This document shows positions 54,565 to 64,000 of a DNA stretch of 64,000 bases, one piece after another. Below the pieces are notes generated by a model. That model was not told the origin of the DNA and made no database searches. It saw nothing but the letters and a program-made list of their open reading frames with translations. Source of the stretch: Trypanosoma brucei. Its lineage: Eukaryota. How positions within the stretch are numbered: position 1 is the stretch's first letter; each line of letters begins with the position of its first letter. Location of the stretch: assembly GCA_000002445.1 (NCBI GenBank), contig CP000070.1, positions 640,001 to 704,000 on the forward strand. The letters run 5' to 3'. A program made the translations under genes and the position numbers.

Positions 54565-57500
54565 TCACTGATATATATATATATATATTGCCTTGCTGAG
54601 TGCGCTTTGCTTCCTTCAAATTATGAGCTCCAACTATACGTGCGCAAACCTTGTCTTCCGGACTATTTTTTATACGAATAAGTAGCCAGACAACGTAACT
54701 AACTCTGTCTTTGTTCTTACCTTTGTTATGATGACTTGTGAACTTCCGTTAGTTGTTCCATTAGTTGAGGGCAGGGGAGATGGAAAGTATTTGAAATAAT
54801 CTCGAGGCAACCAAGTGCAAAGTAATTTGTGACGACGACTCGAACAAGTGGAACTACACCGCTGCTCGCAGTGCTCTCGATTACACACCTATTTTCGCAT
54901 TGTCGTTTTGTCGTTGTTTCAAGCCCCTTTCCCCTCTTTATATAAATATATAAATAAATAAATATATATATATATATATCTGTCCTTTGTTTTGCTCTCC
55001 TTGAAGGATCCATTAGCTGAGTCGCTAGATGACATGCACAGACTTCAAATAAACAAGTAAAAATAAATAATGGGGAATCGGATTTGTTTTTTACAGCCCG
55101 GCGGGAAAAAAAAGCCAGGAGCCAAAGGGGCAAAAAAAAAAAAAAGACGAACAAACAACGCGAGCGGAGGGCGATAAGTGCAGAATTGGCATGCATGTGT
55201 TTGCGCATATATGAAACAAAAGAAGAGAGAAGTTGATTAGATGAAGAACGGCAATACGCAATGGCCACAAAAAGTTTAATATACCAAATATGCTGGCTTC
55301 ATGCATTCAATATATTCTTCACCATTCTACCGCTTCTCTTCGCGCAGTACATATAATTCCGTCGCATGCGTACACTTCCACACACGATGTTATTGATCTC
55401 GATATTACAAGTTAACCACAAAAATAAGGGGAAGGGAAAATAAAAGCACGCGTATGCAAACACATACACATATATGTATATATCGAAAAGTTATTTTCAA
55501 AAAAATCATCAAGGGACATTTGCTTCAGTGGTCTCACATACAGTCCCTTTGTTTTTTCCCTTTTCCGCAGTGATTCTGTTTCTCGCTTCGTCCCAACTCG
55601 TGTTATTATTTTTTTTATCTGTGTTTTTATTTGGTCGTCTCCTTTCACCTTCTATTTGGGCAAGCTGCTTTTATTGGTACATTTTTTAAATTTTTTTGAT
55701 TGTGGCTGCGGTGCCTTTTCTGTTTATTATTACTCTCTTTCCCTCACTCTTCACTCCCCTCTTCCTCATCCTCCTTAACGATTTATTTAATGCTCGCTGA
55801 TTGTGTTGAAGACTTAAAGATAATATAAAACAATAAAATATAATAAATAAAAAAATATCAAGTGAATGCTAAGGGGAAATGGTAATTTTTTTAAATTTTT
55901 TGCCTCTCCCTTCGGACTACACCACATCTGTAAAAATGCCGTAGTCCGCACCTTTCAAAGCCCAAAAACAAAAAACATATAATATATAAAAAGGAGAAAA
56001 TAGTGTCGGATTTTCCGAAAAAATAGTGCGAGAAAACACAAGTGATTGGTGGTCCCCTTGTCTTCCTTTCTGTTTCAACCATACGGATGATTTTCTCTCA
56101 CGTCGTTACTTCTGGTGTTTTTTTTTCATTTCTTTTTTTTTTTGTAAAGGAAAAAATAATGTGTGGGACTTTTCCATATTTTTTTCCATCCTTGTGAGTT
56201 TATCTTCACTTCATTACCTTCAAATCACTCTACTGGTTTTTTCCTTCAATCATTAAATAAAAACAAAAAAGAATTAAGGGGAGCCGAGGACGCAAAAACT
56301 TCACAAACGCATACAGTAATTTCTGAAAGAAATGTGCGCTCAGAGTGTGATACAAATGGCACGTTCCACACTGTCCTACATTCTCAAATGTAAAAAATAA
56401 AATAAAATAAAACGCGACGATGAGTTGAAGAAATGGTATGAATGAAAGGCAACGAAAAGAAAATGGAATTGAATAGAACGGGCGAGAGTGGAGCAAAACA
56501 AAAAAGAAAGTGTTCAAAAAGTAAGGACGCATATTTTATTATTTTTTTCCTCCCTCCTCCATCCCTCCGCAATATTCATCCCTCTTTTTACAGCACAATC
56601 CACTGTTGCGTACTTTCCGCATATAAAAGTCACGCATTTCCATCTTATGCTCCCTACTCCTCCTCATTATTTCATTGTGAACTTTCCATTTCACCTATCC
56701 TGTATGTTTCTCTCCACCACTTTTACTCACGCTGCAGGCCCGCACCCTCACACGCACACACATGTTCCTCTCCTCTTTTTTTTTTGTCTTATATTATGTT
56801 CGCTATTCATTGTTACACCGTTGTTTACTATTTGAAATAATAATAATAATAATGGTTAAAATGTACATATGTACGTATGTACATATTTTAAATATATTCA
56901 TTTATACTTATTTTTAATTCACATACGTGCTTGCATGTTTGATCTTCAGCGTTGGAGCCATATTTTTCCAATCCGCATTATCATCCGTTTCTTCCACTGA
57001 TGTTGTTTCCTTTTCTCCTCCTTTTTCGCTTTCCCTTTCGTTTCCTTTTTTTTTTCTTCTGTTACGCTCTGTTCTGTTCTGTACTTTGTTTGGCTGTTCT
57101 GCTTCACTCACCATCATGAAACCAAAGTTGCTCCACTTATTTCGTTTCACCTCTGCAAAATGTAAATAAATAAATAAATTTTCTTATTTGAGTTCAGTCA
57201 TACCAGATGAATTACTGATTTAAAACGAATTTGGCCAACAAATGCCTGCCCGTCTCCCACATACTCACGCACATATACGAACATACGCAGTTGCCTTAGT
57301 ATATATTTTGTCCACACACTCTTCTTCTTTCTTCTTTTTTTTGTTTTGTTTTTGCCATTTGCTTTACTTTTTTTTTTCAAAAAAAAACTATTTGCTCTCT
57401 TCATTGCATACACCCACCTATACACAATACATATATATATATATTAGTTTGCACCTGTATGTGGATTTAATTCGACACAATATAATTTATTACTTTCACT

Positions 57501-60500
57501 CTTCTCCCTGTCTGTACTCGTCACCAAATCGCTCGCTTCGCCGGATGCCGCTGTTGCCATTGAAATTAATATTTTATATCCTTTTCTTTCTTGTCTTATC
57601 CCCCCGTCCACACACACACACACACACACACACCACCCTGCCACAAAATGCATCCCACACACAAAAAAAAAACAAAAAAAAAAAGAAAACACGAAAAAAG
57701 AAAAAGGGAGAGAGCGACCCCGATAATTAAAGTTAAAATCATTTTTAAAAAAAAAGGAGTAAGACAGAAACACAAACATAAACATAATCCTGCATTATGC
57801 GCCTAAGGCCGTATTCGTCCATGATATGGAATATTATGGAGGAGGGAAGGAAAAACAAAGCAAAACAACATTCACAACAGACCAAAGCAGTTACGCACAG
57901 TAGCATGGAACCAGCGGGGAAAAGGAGGGTTTTAAAAAAACAAAAAAAAAGAAAAAGAAATACAAATGGAAAAATGAAAGAAAACAGGAAGAAACACAAA
58001 AAAAAAAAGGAACAAGAACAAGAACAGGGGAAAGGAGGGAAAGGATGGAAAGGAGGTGACTTATTCGGTCAATGACCGGGAAAAAAATAAAAAATAAGAA
58101 AAGCAAAAGAGAAAAATTAAAGAATAGCAAACAAAACAAAGAATGGAATGGAATGAGAAACGGGTAATGAGATTGGAGAGACACGAATATATTCGGTCAC
58201 TTGACACCAACACCCGTAGGGGGTAAGGGGAATTTGATGGAAATTTGATGACAAACAAACGTACGAATGACTCGCGGTCAAAATAAATAAAAACGTTAAA
58301 TGAAAAGAGGGTTAATAGACAAGAAAATAATTATAATCATAATTGTGCTAACAATAACACACCACCGATTTCATCACACCGGCCATTTCTCCCGTGCTCA
58401 CACTCATGGCTTTCAACGGCGTGGAAAAAAAAAAAGAAAATTTTAAAGTAGAAATAAAAGGAAAGGAAAATAAATGCACAGATTGCATCCACCATTTGAG
58501 AAGACATCACGTTGACTCTTTATCTCCTTGTTATTATCATCATTTCATTGTTCTTAATAATAATAATAATAAAAGGTAAAATATGAAGAAAAAAAGTGGA
58601 AAGTGGTCCTTTCGAGAGTTAATTATCTTACATCTAAGTGTTCAGACAGCATAAGTTAACCACGAATTCGATGACGAGAAAGAAAAAATAAATAATGAAA
58701 TGAAGTAGTTATTGCGTTCTTTCATAAATTTATGTATGCATATTCGATCTGACTTCATCTTCCTTAAATCTCTTTCTTCTTCTTTTTTCTTCCACCCGTA
58801 CGCTCCCGTTCACTCCGCAGGCCCCTCGACCTTTCCACTGGTGTTATCGTTGCGGTTATTTTATTATCGTTATCTTTTTGTTCCGCTCAAATGGCGAAAA
58901 GGTGGTGCGGCAAAGAACAGTCAAAGATACAAATATTTATATTGTGTTAATTTTCTTTTTGAAATATATGTATATATAATAAGGTGTGTAGAAATCGTTT
59001 GTCTTTCCTTACGTTCGCATCACGGTTTTATTCTACATGGACATCTGTCGAGGAAGCGAGATACTAACGTGGTGGGAAGGAAGAATAAAACAAGAAAAGG
59101 TGGAACAAACGCAGAACCAAACAAAAAAACAAAGAGAAAACTATCAACCAAAGAAAAATAAAGGGGGAAAGAAAAATCATTATCACGAAAAAGCTGCGCG
59201 ATCCGCGGCCCGATCCCTTTTCTTTAATTCTCCTCCCGCTCCTCCCGTTACGCCCACGGAAGGGTAAAATAAAAAATAACAAAACGCTGAGTGGCTGAGG
59301 GTGTCAAATGGGCGGGCTCATAATAATAATAATAAATAATATATATTTATATTTGATATTTGTAGAAGGGGCTTGGAAATTAATAAAAGGTTGGGAATGG
59401 AGATGGAAAAAGAGGAGAAGGAGAAGGAAAAATAAATGGTAACAAACAAGTCGAGGAAAAGAAGTAAAATAAAAGAGTTTGAAAACAAAATAAATAGGGG
59501 GAACGTGACAGAGAGGAGAACGGGAAGATTAAATAAAATAATATCCATACGCTCTCTGTTTCACCTTTCCCCCATGCACACACACACACATGCATATATA
59601 TCACTTTCTTTGCTTGCAAAATATATATCAATCCCACTGGGCAGGCCTCACAAACAACCACGTGGTAAATTTTTCTAGCATCTGTTTGGATAGCGGTTAT
59701 TATTTTTATTATTATTTGTGTGTGTGTGTGCATGTGTGTGTAAAACCCCCTCCTTCACCACCGATAATTCACCTCGAGTCTCTCCATCATCCCACTTCCA
59801 TTCCCCTCAGCCTCCTCCCACCCCCATGGCCTGGACGGCTGTTATGAAACATACCGATGATAGGAGTCCTCATCATATCATTTTCGAAGTGGGAGGAATG
59901 AGGAAATGAAAGGGAGGATGGAGGCGGCCAAAAATAAATTCAAAAAATAAACAAATAATCAATATTTATGGAGGAAGAATGCTTAAATGGAAAATAAAAC
60001 CAAACAAAAAATATACAAGTATGTAGTCAAGTAAATCATTGCTTAAAGGGGGTGACCAAAATTTGTAAACTGCACCCGTGGCAGCGAAGAGAGAAAAAAA
60101 GAGAGTAAGCTGCTTCTGGGTGTCCCTTCCTCCAAATTTTTAAAAGTTCGATCGCTCAATAGCTTTTACTTCGGTTTAAATAGCCTATGTTTCTCATTTT
60201 CCTCTTTTTTTTTTGTCGTACTTTCCTTTTGCCTTCTTTTGTTTCCGATTTTTTCTTTCAGCTTCTAAAAATTTAACCTTTGTTCAAGCGACGGAGTGCG
60301 CCTTTGAGCCTTCCGTTGCCATTTACAGCCACCAAAACCCTTCATTTCGCCGCTCATTTCTCATTCCCTTCTCCCTCACTAATCCAGCACAATTCCCACG
60401 CAAGCATCGCTGCATTTTATGTGGTGCAGCTTCTGATGAGCAAAAACAAGCCAGCAGAGAGGGGGAAACTTCATTATTCAGAACGGGCAATGGAGCCTCA

Positions 60501-60737
60501 ACCGTTATATATATGCGGAAACCATTAAGGGCTAAAGCTCAACGAAAGGACAACTCAATTAGCTATATTCCATTCACGGCCGCCCCCCCCCCCCCACAGG
60601 GTCAGTCGCGTTCACAAGCAAAAGAAATACAAAGGAAAAGGAAAACGAGAAGAGAAAAAGAAAGTACCGACAGCCCTGCGACGCAACCATCCCTATTCCA
60701 ATCGCCATTGTCTTGTTACTTTTTTTCTTTTCTTACC

Positions 60738-62864
60738 TCAAAAGGGTACGTGTAGGGGAACTTGTGAAGGCATATTCCCCTTGCCAGAGCCGTACATTGG
60801 CAAGCACAAGTTGCGAAAGCCGTCTTCCCGACCTGAGACGAAACAGAAGGGGCCGTACGTTTGCCCATCCGTTCCCATCTGCTGCTGCGCGCTAGCAACC
60901 GGTAGTCCCGTTGCAGAAATCATAGGATACATCACAGTTGTGGAAGGCACCAGAACTGTCGACGGCCAAACGGTATGTCCATTTTGCATTGGTTGTGGGC
61001 AAGGGGCTACTGATGACTGCTTCTGTGGAAAATACATTGCACAGCACGGCACAGACGGGGTGCTCACTTCCCTACCACTGATTGGGGTTACGCTCTGTCG
61101 ATCGTTTAAGCTGAACTGTGACGGTGATGGCACGCTTTTCTCCTCGCTTGGGTCGGTGACGGGGAAAGCCACACCGTGCAGCCTCATTGTTGTTGCGAGG
61201 CCGTGTCTGGTTTCGCCGAGAGGGCCATCTTCATAAACAGGTGGCCTCTGCTGAACCAACACATTCCGGCAGGTGGTACCGTCTGAAGTGATCTGTCCAA
61301 CCGTTGGCGACGCACGCGCCGAGAAGGTATTGGTGGAGGCAGAACCGTGTGAAGACAACTTCCCAGAATGAGTTCCATCCCTTTCGCTACTTACTATACT
61401 CCTTCCCTTATGCAAGTGGCTCATCGTGGGTGACTTTGAAGGGTGAAACGCCACAGTCGGATAGTTCTGCTGCTTTCTCCTATTCTGCTGCTGTGACAGT
61501 GCCCCCAAGAGGTCACCCGAAACAACTCTGTTTCCTGTGCTTTCAGTCTTTGTCGGAACCTTACACTGATCCTCACTGCCAGGGTCCTCCAAGTCTAGCT
61601 TTATAGTAGCGACCAGCTCCTTCAACACGTCTCGACAGATGTGCACATACCAACAGTCCGCTCCGTACCGGCAACCTCCCGGTTTACCGTGTAAGCGGCA
61701 GACAGCGCATGTGTTCAGTGAGCGGGACGCATTGTTCTTCAACACAAAGCGTTCCAACCCGTTGGTATATGCCACTCGACTCAGAGGTACCGCCGCGCCC
61801 TTTATTAAGATGGTACGATGGGCATTCGCTTCAGCGTCCCATTTGTTGGCGTTACACTCGCCATGAAAGGCACAACAGTAGGGAAGGCTTTCGTTTATTT
61901 GACGGAGTCGCTGCACCACCTGGGGGTCTATGTGCATTTGATAGCAGCTCGCTCCACGGAGGCAACGACCAGATTGGAAGAGAAGGCACAGACTCGGGAA
62001 GGAAACGCGGCCGCCAAGTGCTTTTGTAGGAATGATGGAGCTGAGCGGCACGTGTAGCTTGGACCGCTGCGGATCAACCACTGGAATTCTCTGCTCTTCG
62101 GTGGGCTGTTGGGGGCCTACTGTTCTACAGTCATTCAATCCATCAGGCGCAACTTTCACCTTGTCGATGGCGGATTCCATCGCTTCTGTAATTGGCGAAA
62201 ACAAGCTCGGCGTAATCTGAGACATTCCAACCTTAACGGCGTCGTGGATCAAGGAACTCTGCACATCTTTCCCCTCCACCTCCCAGATGTTCGGGTTACA
62301 CGTAACCGACCGCGTTTGCATAATGGTAAAGGGATCTTCGCTCTCTGCAGAAAAATCTTTAAAAGGTGATTCAGGCCGCGAAAAAACATGGGCAAGACAG
62401 TCATCTTGAAACTCCATATTATTCTTCTCCTGGTTCGGTAACGCCGAGTTCACCAAAGAAATGGGGAGGTCAATCGTACTGTTCACGTCACCACTTGGAA
62501 AGACAGAGGAAGTTAGACTTCCATCCACTCCCTCCCTGTTTCCAATACTCCTGGCGGCGGGCACTTCAGCTGCGTTATCTGATATCTCCCTCGTCGACAC
62601 CGTTGCGTCACCCCAATCCGTAAGATGGATGAAGGGTGCAGACACACTCACTGCAACACTCCCACCTCGAGGCAATTGACTTGCGCAAACCCCTTTGGAA
62701 GCAGTGCGCCACGCACACCCACCGTCAATGGCATCCAGCTCAGAGGGCACCCCCATACACTCTCCGCCCTGATATTGTTGGGTTGTGCTACTGGATGGTA
62801 TGCCAGCTGCGCGCGAGACATACGTGACGCTACCGGGAATGTTCGATTGTTCGGGAAGGAACAT
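60738..62864 (-). CDS. ZC3H22: Tandem CCCH zinc-finger RNA-binding protein, ZC3H22-like (gene C). The largest and most divergent member of the cluster.
   Basis: 708 aa. Same architecture as genes A and B but diverged: 'CLLFQSGRCLRGASCYQMH' (C-x7-C-x5-C-x3-H), then 'LPYCCAFHGECNANKWDAEANAHRTILIKGAAVPLSRVAYTNGLERF' (compare '[14 protein letters not shown]...[14 protein letters not shown]'), then 'CRLHGKPGGCRYGADCWYVH'. Confidence 0.7.
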   Translation of the reverse strand: MFLPEQSNIPGSVTYVSRAAGIPSSSTTQQYQGGECMGVPSELDAIDGGCAWRTASKGVCASQLPRGGSVAVSVSAPFIHLTDWGDATVSTREISDNAAEVPAARSIGNREGVDGSLTSSVFPSGDVNSTIDLPISLVNSALPNQEKNNMEFQDDCLAHVFSRPESPFKDFSAESEDPFTIMQTRSVTCNPNIWEVEGKDVQSSLIHDAVKVGMSQITPSLFSPITEAMESAIDKVKVAPDGLNDCRTVGPQQPTEEQRIPVVDPQRSKLHVPLSSIIPTKALGGRVSFPSLCLLFQSGRCLRGASCYQMHIDPQVVQRLRQINESLPYCCAFHGECNANKWDAEANAHRTILIKGAAVPLSRVAYTNGLERFVLKNNASRSLNTCAVCRLHGKPGGCRYGADCWYVHICRDVLKELVATIKLDLEDPGSEDQCKVPTKTESTGNRVVSGDLLGALSQQQNRRKQQNYPTVAFHPSKSPTMSHLHKGRSIVSSERDGTHSGKLSSHGSASTNTFSARASPTVGQITSDGTTCRNVLVQQRPPVYEDGPLGETRHGLATTMRLHGVAFPVTDPSEEKSVPSPSQFSLNDRQSVTPISGREVSTPSVPCCAMYFPQKQSSVAPCPQPMQNGHTVWPSTVLVPSTTVMYPMISATGLPVASAQQQMGTDGQTYGPFCFVSGREDGFRNLCLPMYGSGKGNMPSQVPLHVPF

Positions 62865-63787
62865 ATCCGTGAAAATTCAAAAGTACTGGCTGGCAAACCA
62901 CTGAATGCTTTAACACTCACAGGTTCTTGTCTTCTTGTTTTGGCCGCTTCAATAGGTATATAAACGTGTATAATATCTTTCTTTCCTTTCTTCTCCCTCA
63001 AACTTTAGCCTGGCTTCGACGACTATAAGCGCGTGGTAATCGTAGGTCTCTGCAGCGGTTTATACCCAGTGGGAAGTTAAAAGAGGAGGAAATGGAGGGA
63101 AAGGGGTGTAACAACAGAAAAGCTTTCCGTCGACATGGCAAAAGAAATAAGGCGGGGAAGAGGCAGAAGAACGGATGGGGTGTTCGACGTGCAGTTACAA
63201 AACACCACTCACAAAACGCTAGAAGTTGAAGGTGAGCCTTTCAAAATTGGCAAAACGGTGAGAACAAAACCTACGATCGGTTTAACGTCCTCCAAGCGGG
63301 ATGACGGAACCAGCATATACACTTCAAAAAAAAAAAAAAAGCGGCAATGCAAACGTAGAATGCGCACGTTAGCGGATACCAGTGGCCCCACACTCTGCAC
63401 CAAGTTACCCTTCCACACAGAAAAATATTGCGAACGACAGGGAAGTCGCGCACAACGCCTGCCGGTGACGAGAAGGAAGGAGCGGTCACAATCCACACCG
63501 AACCGCAGGCAGAATTCCCACGGAGGTGCAAGAAGAGGTTACGAAAAACAACAATTACAAGAAAATGCACAAATCGTGTAAGGGGGATCGGACACCTTAA
63601 GCAGTCAGTTGCACTTCCGCACACACGCAAAAAAGGCGGTAGTGCTTTTGAGTGTACCATATATCACGCAACGTGTGAAAATTAATCAGTAGTAACCATA
63701 ACAGCTCCCTTCACCATAGCACTGTCACTTCCAGAAAATTTGCCATCTGCAAACACAAGCCAAAAAGCAAACACATAAATATGGACA

Positions 63788-64000
63788 TCACCGTACCAGC
63801 GTATTGTGATTAAACTGTCGTGAGCACCACTCCACCTCCTCCTCAGCAGCACGGAGGTCCTCGACATCCGCAGTCTCACTTAGGTTCTTGTCATCGTTTA
63901 ATAGTCTGTTCGAGGATGCACCGGAAGCTGCACAGCCATCGCTAATATCTTCAAGACCGTACGTCTCCCTGTACCACTCGTCATAGCGTTCTGCATTAGG
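63788..64000 (-). CDS. 3' end of a minus-strand CDS whose 5' portion lies beyond the window end. Product unknown.
   Basis: Hand translation of the reverse complement from 64000 gives an open frame '...PNAERYDEWYRETYGLEDISDGCAASGASSNRLLNDDKNLSETADVEDLRAAEEEVEWCSRQFNHNTLVR*'. The stop codon is the complement of 63788..63790. Only about 70 codons are visible. Confidence 0.35.
   Translation of the reverse strand, partial: PNAERYDEWYRETYGLEDISDGCAASGASSNRLLNDDKNLSETADVEDLRAAEEEVEWCSRQFNHNTLVR

Noticed and set aside
1-64000. Search for a prokaryote-style defence or accessory system: operons, CRISPR repeats, toxin–antitoxin pairs, integrases.
   Set aside because: The sequence is eukaryotic kinetoplastid nuclear DNA with unidirectional intronless genes, polypyrimidine-rich spacers and (TA)n microsatellites. 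No direct-repeat/spacer array, integrase, transposase or short tightly packed operon was seen.

Overview
The window reads as trypanosomatid nuclear DNA, most likely Trypanosoma brucei-group. Its style and gene content fit the chromosome-7 neighbourhood that carries the tandem ZC3H20/ZC3H21/ZC3H22 CCCH zinc-finger genes. Every supportable protein-coding gene lies on the minus strand, giving 20 complete and 2 edge-truncated CDSs. The window is therefore the interior of one directional polycistronic transcription unit, transcribed from high to low coordinates. I found no introns, tRNAs, rRNAs, CRISPR arrays or credible plus-strand genes. Long antisense plus-strand ORFs over the minus-strand genes are frame shadows. 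Products recognisable from the translations are: two 19S proteasome AAA-ATPases (RPT1 and RPT5), RER1, a PWWP-like/TrmO-like fusion protein, a NAT9-like GNAT acetyltransferase, a RAD6-like E2 with an N-terminal (EA)n extension, a prefoldin alpha-type subunit, an EngB/YihA-like GTPase with a long C-terminal extension, a CCHC zinc-knuckle Cys-rich protein, a candidate mitochondrial GRBC1/GAP2-like protein, a tandemly duplicated pair of coiled-coil genes, and three tandem CCCH zinc-finger genes. There is no prokaryote-style accessory island. The most interesting structures are evolutionary and regulatory. (i) The duplicated coiled-coil genes have about 760 bp of identical 5' flank and a 45-bp repeat expansion in one copy. 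(ii) ZC3H-like genes A and B share a tract of about 357 bp with a 198-bp perfect core, a gene-conversion signature. (iii) Each ZC3H gene is followed by 4–6 kb of low-complexity, gene-free sequence, purine-rich on the plus strand and so pyrimidine-rich on the transcribed minus strand. These most likely correspond to very long regulatory 3'UTRs. All functional calls come from reading the translated ORFs against remembered family consensus sequences. No database search was possible.
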